A DNA stretch of 49,369 bases from the IMG/VR virus record IMGVR_UViG_3300037760_000117, positions 1 to 49,369 of that record. One strand, written 5' to 3'. Each line of letters opens with the position of its first letter. The first letter of the stretch is position 1. This DNA comes from a virus. Lineage: Duplodnaviria > Caudoviricetes. Below, in pieces: positions 1 to 8,924 of the stretch. The notes under the pieces were generated by a model, which saw nothing but the letters and a program-made list of their open reading frames with translations, was not told the origin of the DNA and did no database searches. A program made the translations under genes and the position numbers.

Positions 1-61
1 GTCAGGGTTGATCTTGCTGCCCGTCGATGCCCCCGCCCCCACCCATCCCTCTACATCAATG

Positions 62-370
62 TCACCATTGACGTGAGCTGATGCGGCGCTGTGGCTGGCG
101 ACGAGCAGCACGCAACGTGTTGCCGAGCCTCGCGCCTGCGCTGCGATTGCATGAGCGATGTGCCATGCGTCCGGTGCCTGGCCTGCCACCGAGCGCGCGT
201 GGCTGGCTGACGTGGTCAAGGTCGAGCAGCTGGCCTTGCAGCATCAGGTGTCCGCAGCGTGGGCAGGGGGTGCCGTACGCCAGGGGTAGGAGCCGGGCCC
301 GGAGGGCCTGGTGGGCGTACCCGAGACCCCGTTGGGTGGTGGTGAGGCGATGGTCATGCTTGCCCATCAC
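62..370 (-). CDS. HNH endonuclease, packaging-associated type
   Basis: CPRC...LDLDH...AHRSCN motif. Last gene before terS on circularisation. Confidence 0.8.
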   Translation of the reverse strand: MMGKHDHRLTTTQRGLGYAHQALRARLLPLAYGTPCPRCGHLMLQGQLLDLDHVSQPRALGGRPGTGRMAHRSCNRSAGARLGNTLRAARRQPQRRISSRQW

Positions 371-685
371 TCACCTCGCAGTGCGTCTGCCTCTGGCTTG
401 GGCGCGCCGCGTGGCCCGGTTCGGGGTGGGTGCCACGGGGTGGGGTGGGTCGGGGGTGTGCTGGGCCAGGTGTGCCCGGATGGTGCCCCTGACGCGCTGG
501 TCCCCGGTGTGCAACACGGCCACCCCGAGTGCGACGGCGGGGTGTACCTTCGACGCCCCCGCTATCTGCGCGCCGGGCTTGATGATGGACCACGGCAGCC
601 CGTCGAGGTAGTCGGCCCATTCGGCCGGGTGCCGCTGTCCGATCAGCCACTGCCTCAGCTCAGGCAGGGTGGGTGTGTCGCTCAT
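371..685 (-). CDS. Hypothetical protein (104 aa)
   Basis: GAGGAG RBS before the ATG at 685. Abuts the HNH gene. Confidence 0.6.
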   Translation of the reverse strand: MSDTPTLPELRQWLIGQRHPAEWADYLDGLPWSIIKPGAQIAGASKVHPAVALGVAVLHTGDQRVRGTIRAHLAQHTPDPPHPVAPTPNRATRRAQARGRRTAR

Positions 686-707
686 CCCACTCCTCAACCG
701 TATACGA

Positions 708-737
708 AGTATGCGGCCACTAGCTCGATCACGTCAA
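708..737 (-). promoter_or_regulatory. Putative late promoter TTGACG-N18-CATACT
   Basis: Minus strand reads TTGACG tgatcgagctagtggccg CATACT in the intergenic gap upstream of the 371-685 and HNH genes. Confidence 0.5.
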
Positions 738-911
738 CCTACCCCCATGCGACAGGCGCAGCTCTTCTAGTTCGGCCACCTCGTCAAGGTCCACCAGATA
801 CCAACCGCGCTTGTTGGTGACCACGGTGAGCCGTCCTTCCGCCGACCATCGGCGCAGCGTGCGGACCGAGACCGAAGATGCCTCGGCCGCCAGCGCCAGC
901 GGAACCCTCAT
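729..911 (-). CDS. Small MerR/excisionase-like HTH DNA-binding protein
   Basis: LALAAEASSVSVRTLRRWSAEGRL helix-turn-helix. ATGA overlap with the upstream gene. Confidence 0.7.
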   Translation of the reverse strand: MRVPLALAAEASSVSVRTLRRWSAEGRLTVVTNKRGWYLVDLDEVAELEELRLSHGGRLT

Positions 912-1564
912 GGCTGGGCCTGCACCTTCGGGTACCCAGTGACCACCGGCTCGCCATGCTTCTCCCTCACCCACTCGATGTGCCTGAGCAGGCGATCGTC
1001 CGGCCGGAAGTACTCTCGCCGCTTGGCCTTCAGGTCGGCGAACTGCCGGTGCCGAATGCTCTCCTGCTGCCGCCCGCCGGGCTCGGTTGCGAGCACCTCA
1101 TCAACGTCCAGGTTGGCGAACCGCTGCTTCATCACCCGCGTAGTGCCGATCTTGATGTACTCCCCGATTCGGACGTAGTACACCACCGACTGAGCGGCCA
1201 TCGCGTCCTGGCGTGCCGCCTCTTGCCGCTCCATCCGCTCACCGTTGGCACGCTGCCGCGCATCTTGGCGCTCGCGCTCCTGGCGCTGCTCGACATCCAT
1301 CCCGGTGGCCACGTTCCGCAGGGCTAGCGAGAACGCGTGATCTCCGGTCTCGACCAGCTTCTCGATGTGGCGGAGGCACAGCTCCACTGGGCGATGAATG
1401 CGCGCCTCGCGACCGCACTGATGCCCATTGCTCCTGATCGCTACGCAACGCCCAGCCGGCCCGGTGGAGACGCGCACACGCCAGCCACACCCGCATCGGA
1501 AGTGGCCGACCGGCTTGGCGCCGTCGGCCGCCATGGTCCGTCCGCATCCGCACGTCAGCACCAT
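908..1564 (-). CDS. GIY-YIG / T5orf172-like domain protein with N-terminal Cys-rich region
   Basis: VVYYVRIGEYIKIGTT...EPGG..QE..RHRQF...EYF. N-terminal CGCG motifs. Confidence 0.7.
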   Translation of the reverse strand: MVLTCGCGRTMAADGAKPVGHFRCGCGWRVRVSTGPAGRCVAIRSNGHQCGREARIHRPVELCLRHIEKLVETGDHAFSLALRNVATGMDVEQRQERERQDARQRANGERMERQEAARQDAMAAQSVVYYVRIGEYIKIGTTRVMKQRFANLDVDEVLATEPGGRQQESIRHRQFADLKAKRREYFRPDDRLLRHIEWVREKHGEPVVTGYPKVQAQP

Positions 1565-2337
1565 TAGGCAGCCTCCCGGTTCTTCTGTGCCAGGATGCGT
1601 CGCCCAGCCCGCGCCCACTGCATCGTCGGCCACTGGGCACCGCAGATCTGACAACGCATGACAGCCGGCCGCGTCTCACGCGCCGGAACGATAGCGACCA
1701 CCTCGCCGCCGCACGCCACCCCACCGGCCACGATCTCCGGGCACGGCCCGACCACGATCCGCGTTCGTACTCCCGGCCGGTCCACGGTCCGCTCGACCAG
1801 CCGCGTGGCGTAGCCGAGCTCGTCGAGCGCCTCGGCCGCCCACCGCTGGTACCGGGCCCAGTCGAGCTGGCCGGCCAGCCACCGCATGGTGTCGGCGAGC
1901 GTGGTCGGCGGGGGCATCCACCGGCGCCAGGCGTGCAGGCGCACGCAGCTCGGGTGGTAGCACTCCAGGCACACCGGCCCGGACGGCGGGCTGCCGCCGT
2001 ACCGCTCCTCGACCACCACCCGGCACCAGCCGCCGACGGTGTTGACCACGGCGTCCCGGTCTTCGGCCGCGGCCAGGTTGACGACCAGCCCGGGCGCCCA
2101 GCCGGTGGCCTGGTCGTCCTGGTCGCCACCGGGGCGGATGGGTGCCGCCGGTGCGCGGCCGCGTGACCGGGGGCCGAGCTCGCCGAACCGGGCCTGCCTG
2201 GCGACCGTGGTGTCCAGCTCGGGCACCAGGTCGGCGGCGTGGTGCAGCTGCACGCCGAGCCTGGTGGCGCAGGCGAGGCAGCAGACCGCGGTGTCGGCGA
2301 CGGGCCGGGCGCACGCGTCGCACTCGGCCCTAGCCAC
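1564..2337 (-). CDS. Zn-finger protein, possible late regulator
   Basis: CDAC, CLAC, GPCP, CGGEV and CQICG motifs. Sits at the end of the early operon. Confidence 0.6.
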   Translation of the reverse strand: MARAECDACARPVADTAVCCLACATRLGVQLHHAADLVPELDTTVARQARFGELGPRSRGRAPAAPIRPGGDQDDQATGWAPGLVVNLAAAEDRDAVVNTVGGWCRVVVEERYGGSPPSGPVCLECYHPSCVRLHAWRRWMPPPTTLADTMRWLAGQLDWARYQRWAAEALDELGYATRLVERTVDRPGVRTRIVVGPCPEIVAGGVACGGEVVAIVPARETRPAVMRCQICGAQWPTMQWARAGRRILAQKNREAA

Positions 2338-2572
2338 GGACGGTCTCCGTTCCGATCCACCGATGGGGGTGGTCGCCAGCGATGGCTCGCCAGATGGCCT
2401 GCTCAACCATCCGCCGGTACTGCTCTGGGGTTGGGTCGGGCTCGGGGCAGGTGCGGCAGCCGCAGATGTACTCCCGGTCGGGGCTGCCCAGCTGGGTGAC
2501 GTCGAGCCGCTCGGGGCAGTGCTCTCGGACGTAGGCCGCGGCCTGGTCAGCTGAGATGAGCCGGTCAGCCAT
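2330..2572 (-). CDS. Hypothetical protein
   Basis: Translationally coupled ORF with a CGCRTC motif. Confidence 0.5.
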   Translation of the reverse strand: MADRLISADQAAAYVREHCPERLDVTQLGSPDREYICGCRTCPEPDPTPEQYRRMVEQAIWRAIAGDHPHRWIGTETVRG

Positions 2573-2900
2573 GGTCGCCCTCGGTCCCGCGTCGGTCCAG
2601 CAGCCGCCGCCACCATGGCCTGCGTGGTCGAACGTCCACCTCGTACGTCCATGTGCCGAAGTCCTTCGCCTTCAGCTCGAACTCGGCCTTGAACCGCTCG
2701 AACTGCTCGGCGGACATGTCGGGGGCCAGCCGGATGATGCCGATGGCCTTCCGCCAGCCGGCGTCGACCTGGTCCCGCAGCACCATCCTGGCCAACTCCT
2801 GTGCCGTCGGCCCCAGCCCGACGGCCGACGGCGGTGGCAGTGTGCGGAACAGCTGCGCCAGCCTGGTCTCGTCGGCGTCGTCCCAGAACGGCTCAGCCAT
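2565..2900 (-). CDS. Hypothetical protein
   Basis: Overlapping stop/start with its neighbours, plausible composition. Confidence 0.55.
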   Translation of the reverse strand: MAEPFWDDADETRLAQLFRTLPPPSAVGLGPTAQELARMVLRDQVDAGWRKAIGIIRLAPDMSAEQFERFKAEFELKAKDFGTWTYEVDVRPRRPWWRRLLDRRGTEGDHG

Positions 2901-3135
2901 CGGACACCTCGCCGGTGACACGCGGCCTGGCCTTGCCGGCGTAGCCGCCGTGTGCGACCGGTGCCGGCTCGTTGCGCATGGCGGTGGTGAACCCGACGCC
3001 GGCGCCGGTGCGGGGTGGTTCGGCGCCGTCGGTGTGGTCCCACAGTTCGGTGGCGGTGGTGGCGAGGTGGGCGAGTTCGCCGTCGTGGTCGACGATGACG
3101 TGGCGTCCGCCGGCGTTGATTTCGATGCGGCTCAC
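2893..3135 (-). CDS. Hypothetical protein
   Basis: GTGA overlap and GAGGAGG RBS. Confidence 0.55.
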   Translation of the reverse strand: MSRIEINAGGRHVIVDHDGELAHLATTATELWDHTDGAEPPRTGAGVGFTTAMRNEPAPVAHGGYAGKARPRVTGEVSDG

Positions 3136-3431
3136 GACGCCTCCTCGGTGCTGGTGGTCTGGCGGGCGATCCGGGCGGCGTGGTGGGCAGCGATCGACAA
3201 GTGGCTCCCCTCCGGGTACGACTCGGCCTGCACCTCGATCGCCCGCGCCGCGCCCTCGCCGGCCTGTGCCCGGATGCGGGCCACCAGCGGCGAGCCGGGA
3301 GCGGTCAGCGCGTCGAGCACCACGCGGGCGACCCATGACCAGGACTGGTCGTGGTCGTTGCCGGGTGCAGCGAGCAGCGCCTGACTCACCAGGGCCACGT
3401 CGGCGTCGGTGTACAGCGGGTCAGTGGGCAT
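3132..3431 (-). CDS. Hypothetical protein
   Basis: Coupled ORF in the early operon. Confidence 0.55.
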   Translation of the reverse strand: MPTDPLYTDADVALVSQALLAAPGNDHDQSWSWVARVVLDALTAPGSPLVARIRAQAGEGAARAIEVQAESYPEGSHLSIAAHHAARIARQTTSTEEAS

Positions 3432-3633
3432 CGCGCACCGCCTTGTGCCGGCAGCCCAGCTGCGCGACCGCCCGGACCTGCCCGTCGCCGAGCCAGCACC
3501 GTTCGCACACGGGTCCGCGTCGCAGTGGCATCGGGAACGGGCCGGCCGGGCTCCGGTCGGTCTTCAGTCCGAGGATGCCGGGTACGACATGGACGGCGCC
3601 GAGCATCAGCAGTCCCACGTCATCGATTGCCAT
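3421..3633 (-). CDS. Hypothetical protein (CERC motif)
   Basis: GAGGAG RBS upstream, overlaps its neighbours. Confidence 0.45.
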   Translation of the reverse strand: MAIDDVGLLMLGAVHVVPGILGLKTDRSPAGPFPMPLRRGPVCERCWLGDGQVRAVAQLGCRHKAVRDAH

Positions 3634-3820
3634 GCGCCGGCTCCTCTCCGCTGGCCGGCGCCGGCCACATCCCACCCAGGGTCTGCGCCTTGCGCTGGAC
3701 GAGCAGCGCCTCCAGCTCCTGCACATCACGTGCCGATGCCTCTTGCTGGTGGCGGGCCTTGGCTAGCGCCAGCTCGATCGCCTCGACGCTGGCGTGCCGG
3801 CGCCACAGTTGCTGGATCAC
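3620..3820 (-). CDS. Small coiled-coil protein
   Basis: GTGA overlap with the stop at 3817. Heptad-like IELALAKARHQQE...LEALL. Confidence 0.5.
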   Translation of the reverse strand: MIQQLWRRHASVEAIELALAKARHQQEASARDVQELEALLVQRKAQTLGGMWPAPASGEEPAHGNR

Positions 3821-6606
3821 GATGCGGCCTCTCCGCTGGCCGGCTCCGGCTTGACGCTGCGGGTGCCGTCGCGGACCTCGGCGTTCTCCCTGTGGCGCAG
3901 CTTTGAGGCGACCTCCTCCGGGATTTGCCCTGCCATCGCTGCCCGGACCTGCCCCACCCACTCAGGCACCGACAGCGGGTCGGCCCACCTGGTGGCCTGC
4001 CATTCGGCGGCGTCGCAGACGGCGCCAACCGGTTCCAGCGCGCCGGCGACGGCGTCCCGGCGGATCTGGGCTACCAGGTCCTCACGCAGCTCATCGAGCC
4101 GGCCACGCTCGGCCAGCAGCCGCCAGGCCTCGTCGCGCTCGGCGATCAGCCGGTCCGCCTGCTCCACTGGGTTGCCCCGGACCTGCTCGGCACCCTCCAG
4201 CACGTCACCCAGCGCGGTGGCCATCTTCCAGCCGATCGAGTTGAGCGTGACCGAGTGCTCGCGCAGCCGGTCGCTCCCGCCGCGGACGGCGACCAGCTCC
4301 TGCTCCAGCCGGGCCACATCGGCGCGGCTCTGCTCCAGCTCGATGCTGACCTCGGCGAGCCTGATCCCGGCGGCGTTCCGGCCGGCCTCGGCGAACTGGC
4401 GGGCGTGGTTCAGCCCGGTCGCATCCTTGGCGAGCTTGCTGATGTGCTCGCGCTTTCGGTCCCGGTCGGCGGTCGCCTCTGCGCTGGCCGGCTCCGGCTG
4501 GATGGTGCGGGTGCCGTTGCGAGTGGTCACCGCCAGCGCGTCCAGGCACTTAGCAACCTCGGGATCGATGCCGTCCGCGAAGACGCGCCGGATCCATCGG
4601 GCGCCGTAGTCGAGCGCGTCGGCGGCGGCGTCCCGGCGGGCGGTGGCCAGCCGCTCGGGGAAGCCCTCCACCTTGTCCTGTGCCTCGTCGCGGTCCTCCG
4701 CGGTTTCCTTGAGGTGCTCCCGCACCCGGTCGCATTGGCCACGGACGGCGACCAGCTCCTCCTCCAGCCGGGCCACCTGGGCGCTGGCCTCCCTACGCTC
4801 TACCTGCGTGTGCCGCAGCCGCCCGTAGGCGGACTCCCGGTCGGCGGTCACCTCGGCCAACTCCGCGCGGACAGTGGCCAGGTCTGCGGTCGCCGTGGCC
4901 AGCCGAGCGGCCCACGCGTCTTCAGTGTCCACCAGGACGTCGGCCCCGGCGTCGAGGGCGATCGACACTCGCTCGCGGGTCCGCTCCAGCCTGTGGGTCA
5001 CCTCGGCCAGCTCGGCGCGGGCGGCGTCGCGCTCGTCGGCCAGGGTGTCCAGGAACGCCCGGTCCTCGCGGCGCTGCCGCTCCATCTCCACGCACCGCAT
5101 GGCCAAGGTTCGACGCTCGTCCCGCATCCGGTCCCGGTCGGCGAGCAGGTTCGTCAGCGTTTCCTGAGACCCATCGGACACGCCGCGCAGGTTCCAGCCT
5201 TCGATGATCGCCGCGACGTCATCCCGGTCCCACCCGGTGCCGCTGGCCGGCTCCGGGGCGGGCTCCACCTCGGTGCCGTCGCGCCAGTCAGGCGGCAGGT
5301 CCTTTCCGGTGCCTTCGCACGCTGGGCAGTCCGGCAGCTGGGCGAACGCCTCCATGTCGTCGTCCTCGGTCAGGACGCAGACCGCTGGGATGGGCTGGCC
5401 GGTGAGCCCGTCGTGGTCCGGGCCGCCGACGGTGGCCGGCTCCGGAGCGGGCTCGGCCGGCTGGTCGCCGAGCGCGTCCACGGCGGCGGCCAGGGTTCGC
5501 ACCCCCGCGAACAGCCGCTCGCTGCGTGCGAGCGCGTCGAGGGTGCGCAGTTGCGCCACCAGCCGGCCGGCGGCAACAACCTCGCTGGCCGCCGCGAGCA
5601 CGTCGCCGACGGCCGGGTCGACCAACAGCACCTCGCGCAGTGGCTCGGCGTACCACACCGCTCCCGTCACATCGCCGTCTTCCGTCCACGCCCGTCCCAG
5701 GACGCCTGTGCCGGCCTGGACGGTGCCGACGGTGTCCGTGGCCACGTCCGGGCCTACGGGGGCGGTGGCGGGCCGCTGGGCGGGTGGCGTGGACGGTTCC
5801 GGCGACACCATCCCGACGGCAGCAGCGACCACCTGCCAATCCGCCGGGGCGACGGGCGCATCGCCGTCGCCACGCAGCTGGCCAGCCGCCAGCCGGGCAC
5901 GGCCCGTGTCGCAGTCGGGGCAGCCGTGCGTGCGGGCGCTGCCGGGCACCCCGATCTGGCCCTCCTGCGCGACCCACCCGGTGCCCGAGCAGGTGTCGCA
6001 CGTCGCCCACGGGGTCAGCGTGCCGGCCCCGATCTGGTCGGCCAAGCCCAGCAGCGAGAGCCGTGCAGGATGGTTCTCACCAAGGCGGAGCAGGTTCGGT
6101 GCATGCCGCAGCGCGGCGGCCCAGATGCGGCGGCACAGCCGATCCTCCAGCACCGCCACGGGCTCGGCGGTGATGCGGATGGCGTAGTCGTCGGTGCCGG
6201 TTTCGAGCTGGGTCACCGTCACGCCGTGGCGGGCGAGCAGCCGGCCCAGCGCGTCCATGTTGGGCTGCTCGCGCCAGTCCCAGCTGAGCACGTCGGGGTC
6301 GTCCTGCCAGTCGTCGGCGGGCGGGGTGGCCGACTTCTGCGGGGCGTAGCTGCCGCAGGTGCAGACGTGGTCGCGGCGATGGCCCACCTCGTCGTCGTCG
6401 CAGACGTGCCTGCCGCCCGGGTTGGTCACGCAGTCGATAGGGCTGGTCCAATCGGCGGTACAGGTCCGATCGCCGGGCCTGGGCTCTTGCTCGCGCAGCG
6501 CCGCGTCCTCCTGGGCGTCCTCGGCGAGCGCGTCACGCAGCGCCGCGTCACGCTCGGCAGGCGTGGGCGCGGACCCGGACGGGTCGTAGTAGCCGGGGTT
6601 AAGCAT
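3817..6606 (-). CDS. Large (929 aa) modular protein with Zn-binding motifs and a long coiled coil
   Basis: RBS and ATG at 6606. CDTCSGTG, CPDCDTG and CPACEGTG motifs. Heptad-rich C-terminal half with an internal duplication. Confidence 0.7.
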   Translation of the reverse strand: MLNPGYYDPSGSAPTPAERDAALRDALAEDAQEDAALREQEPRPGDRTCTADWTSPIDCVTNPGGRHVCDDDEVGHRRDHVCTCGSYAPQKSATPPADDWQDDPDVLSWDWREQPNMDALGRLLARHGVTVTQLETGTDDYAIRITAEPVAVLEDRLCRRIWAAALRHAPNLLRLGENHPARLSLLGLADQIGAGTLTPWATCDTCSGTGWVAQEGQIGVPGSARTHGCPDCDTGRARLAAGQLRGDGDAPVAPADWQVVAAAVGMVSPEPSTPPAQRPATAPVGPDVATDTVGTVQAGTGVLGRAWTEDGDVTGAVWYAEPLREVLLVDPAVGDVLAAASEVVAAGRLVAQLRTLDALARSERLFAGVRTLAAAVDALGDQPAEPAPEPATVGGPDHDGLTGQPIPAVCVLTEDDDMEAFAQLPDCPACEGTGKDLPPDWRDGTEVEPAPEPASGTGWDRDDVAAIIEGWNLRGVSDGSQETLTNLLADRDRMRDERRTLAMRCVEMERQRREDRAFLDTLADERDAARAELAEVTHRLERTRERVSIALDAGADVLVDTEDAWAARLATATADLATVRAELAEVTADRESAYGRLRHTQVERREASAQVARLEEELVAVRGQCDRVREHLKETAEDRDEAQDKVEGFPERLATARRDAAADALDYGARWIRRVFADGIDPEVAKCLDALAVTTRNGTRTIQPEPASAEATADRDRKREHISKLAKDATGLNHARQFAEAGRNAAGIRLAEVSIELEQSRADVARLEQELVAVRGGSDRLREHSVTLNSIGWKMATALGDVLEGAEQVRGNPVEQADRLIAERDEAWRLLAERGRLDELREDLVAQIRRDAVAGALEPVGAVCDAAEWQATRWADPLSVPEWVGQVRAAMAGQIPEEVASKLRHRENAEVRDGTRSVKPEPASGEAAS

Positions 6607-6988
6607 TCGGTGCCTCCTCGGTGGTGGTGGGTGGGGTGGTCGACAGCGGGGCGCTCGCTGCGCCCAACAGCTCCCGCCAGGTAAGGCCAGCACTCCAGCC
6701 CTGGCCGTCGCTGGTCCAGGTGTGGGTCGTGTAGCCGGGTGGCGGCGGGATGCGGTCGAGCCGGCGGCCGTCCGGGTGCCATAGCGGCCCGTCGGGTTCG
6801 GCCGGCAGCTCGTACTGGCGCGGTGCGGCGTCGTCCTCGTGGACCTGGCGCAGGATCTCGTCGGCGGTCTTCAGCGCCGCGGCCCGGCTGGTGTCGCCGA
6901 TGCTGACGGCGCGGAACACCCGGTAGCCGATGTTCTCGCGGAGGCTGCCATGGTCGTCGGCGGGTGTGGCCGGCTGGTCGGTGGTCAT
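6599..6988 (-). CDS. Hypothetical protein
   Basis: Coupled ORF, 129 aa. Confidence 0.55.
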   Translation of the reverse strand: MTTDQPATPADDHGSLRENIGYRVFRAVSIGDTSRAAALKTADEILRQVHEDDAAPRQYELPAEPDGPLWHPDGRRLDRIPPPPGYTTHTWTSDGQGWSAGLTWRELLGAASAPLSTTPPTTTEEAPNA

Positions 6989-7440
6989 CGCTGGTCCGCC
7001 TCGCCGGGCCGGGAACCGTCGCGGACGGCCGCCTGAATCCAGTCGGCGAACGCGGCGGCGACGGACAGCACCCGCTCACCGTCCGGTGCGGCGTACGGCA
7101 ACCGGACCGCGGCGTCGAGCGCACGGGAGCGCATCTCCTGCTCCGGGTCCAGGCCGAAGGTGGCGGTCAGCTCGGTGGCCTCGGCCGGTTGCAGCCACCC
7201 ACGCAGCCGGTCGAGCTCGGCGCGGGCCTCACGCACCTCGCGGCCAAGCCGGCGGCGTTCCATGTCGATTGGCCCCCATGGGTGCTTGTCGAGGCGCTCG
7301 ACGTGCTCGGCGAGCCGGGCCAGGCGTTCGCGCGTGGTCGGCTCCAGGTACGGGCTGTTGGGGTCGACGTTCAGCTCGCCCAGGATCTCCCGCAGCTCGG
7401 CGGCGAGGTGGTTGGTGGGGTTGGTCGGGTTGGTGGTCAT
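6985..7440 (-). CDS. Hypothetical helical protein
   Basis: ATGA overlap and GAGG RBS. Confidence 0.55.
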   Translation of the reverse strand: MTTNPTNPTNHLAAELREILGELNVDPNSPYLEPTTRERLARLAEHVERLDKHPWGPIDMERRRLGREVREARAELDRLRGWLQPAEATELTATFGLDPEQEMRSRALDAAVRLPYAAPDGERVLSVAAAFADWIQAAVRDGSRPGEADQR

Positions 7441-7586
7441 GGCGTCCTCTCGGTGGTGGTGGGGTGGAGCCGGCATGGTCCGATGCGGCACAGGTGGTCG
7501 CCGCCGTGGCCGGCCGGGTGCCAGCAGGTGTGTGTGGTGCCGGCGGCGTGCCAGGTGTGGCGGCAGCGGACCGGCGGCGGGGTCAT
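7437..7586 (-). CDS. Small Cys/His-rich protein
   Basis: 49 aa, C..HTC..GH.GDH.C pattern, ATGA overlaps on both sides. Confidence 0.45.
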   Translation of the reverse strand: MTPPPVRCRHTWHAAGTTHTCWHPAGHGGDHLCRIGPCRLHPTTTERTP

Positions 7587-8428
7587 GCCGCCTCCGCAAC
7601 GGCGGCGAGCGCCGCCCGCGCGGCGGCCGCGCCGTTGCTGGCCGGCACCCGGTGGTGGCACACGTTGCCGGACGGCAGGTAGCCGCGGTCGTCGCACAGC
7701 CGGCAGCGGTCGACCTCGGCCCGGCGCAGCTGGGCACGCTGGACCGCTTCGGCGGTCCGCCGCTGCTGGTCGTCGTGCAGCCGGTCGGCTTCCCACCGGC
7801 GCCGCGCGTCAGCGCAGGCGCCGCAAGCTGGCGGGTCGGGGTCGTCGGCGTGTCTCGAGCATCGGTCATCCACAGCGGATGTCGTGCCTGTGGATGACGG
7901 GGGTGGGTAGGTTACTTCCCTCGCTGTACCACTACTAGGGGGTCGGGGCGGGGCGGGGCGGGGGGGATTCGGAGGCGATTCGGTACCCCCGTCGGTACTC
8001 CGATCGGTGGTCCGATCGGTATCCGATGGGGGTTTCTCCAGGCAGAAGGCACAGCCCCGATCTGTGACTCCCCGCGCGGCGTGCCACCTCCGATGGTTCC
8101 CGAGGGCACCCCCCGATGACTTTTTGTCGCGTGCTGCGATCGCCTCCGATCGGGTCGAGTTGCGCGGTGTGCCGTCGCCATCGGCGCTCCACTGGTGGAA
8201 CCTGTAGCCCGCCTTCGTCCGCCTCCACAGCCCGCAGTTCACCAACTCGTCCGCTAGTCCGGTCGCGCCGCGCGACAGTAGCGGGATCATGTGCTCGGGA
8301 ACATCACCGTCTCGCAGGTGCTCCCGTGCCCATGATCCCGCTACAGTCCACAGCCCGAGCGCGGCCAGCGACGCGGCTGCTGCTTTGGGATGGGAGTGGA
8401 ATCGGTCGTCTACTGGAAACCACGGCAT
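7583..8428 (-). CDS. Phage replication initiator (RepA-like, actinophage type)
   Basis: MPWFPVDDRFHSHPK..SLAALGLWTVAGSW N-terminus, Pro-rich linker, C-terminal CGAC and CRLCDDRG Zn motifs. Confidence 0.75.
   Translation of the reverse strand: MPWFPVDDRFHSHPKAAAASLAALGLWTVAGSWAREHLRDGDVPEHMIPLLSRGATGLADELVNCGLWRRTKAGYRFHQWSADGDGTPRNSTRSEAIAARDKKSSGGALGNHRRWHAARGVTDRGCAFCLEKPPSDTDRTTDRSTDGGTESPPNPPRPAPPRPPSSGTAREVTYPPPSSTGTTSAVDDRCSRHADDPDPPACGACADARRRWEADRLHDDQQRRTAEAVQRAQLRRAEVDRCRLCDDRGYLPSGNVCHHRVPASNGAAAARAALAAVAEAA
7980..8026. repeat. Four ~12-bp tandem quasi-palindromic repeats, candidate iterons of the replication origin
   Basis: TCGGTACCCCCG / TCGGTACTCCGA / TCGGTGGTCCGA / TCGGTATCCGA inside the initiator gene. 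Confidence 0.55.
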
Positions 8429-8430
8429 AT

Positions 8431-8649
8431 TCAGTTGTCTCCTTGCTCCGGTGCGCCTTCGGTTCCCGGCCGGCACGCCGGGCACAGCGGCTGACCGAGC
8501 GGCCCGTAGAGCACGGTGGTGTCCGAGCACCGGGCGCACGGCCCGGTGAACATTCCCAGGTGCGGCCGGCCGCTGGCGGTGATGGCCCAGCCGGCTTCCC
8601 GGTAGGCCACCACGGCACCCGCGCCGAGCTGCACCACCTCGCGTTTCAT
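8431..8649 (-). CDS. Small Zn-finger protein
   Basis: GPCARC...YGPLGQPLCPAC. Confidence 0.6.
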   Translation of the reverse strand: MKREVVQLGAGAVVAYREAGWAITASGRPHLGMFTGPCARCSDTTVLYGPLGQPLCPACRPGTEGAPEQGDN

Positions 8650-8924
8650 GCCCGGCCCCGGGTGGGCTTGCCGAACCGCTCGGCCACCAGCACACCCAGC
8701 TCAGGCCGGGCCTCGGCCTCCATGTCCCGGGCGATACCGGCGAGTGTGGTGTCGTCGCGGTCGTCGAGCTCCAACGCCCGCCGCGCCCGTTCGCAGCGTT
8801 CGCAGCAGCAGCCGTCGCGGTCGCATGGGGTGAGCATGGGTGTGCCCTGCCAGCACCAGGTTCCACAGTCGCGGCATAGCAGCCCCCGGTCGGTTTCCAG
8901 CCACAGCGGCTCGTAGGAGTTCAT
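8646..8924 (-). CDS. Cys-rich hypothetical protein
   Basis: CRDC and CCCERC motifs, ATGA overlaps. Confidence 0.5.
   Translation of the reverse strand: MNSYEPLWLETDRGLLCRDCGTWCWQGTPMLTPCDRDGCCCERCERARRALELDDRDDTTLAGIARDMEAEARPELGVLVAERFGKPTRGRA

Noticed and set aside
6613-6634. Recurring CCTCCTCGGTGGT(GGT)-like motif, also near 3140, 7445 and 27459
   Set aside because: Mostly explained as a GAGGAGG ribosome-binding site preceded by Thr codons. Not distinct enough to call a regulatory repeat.
3925-6684. 919-aa plus-strand ORF
   Set aside because: Antisense shadow of the 929-aa minus-strand gene. Long stop-free shadow frames are expected at this GC content and it has no recognisable motifs.
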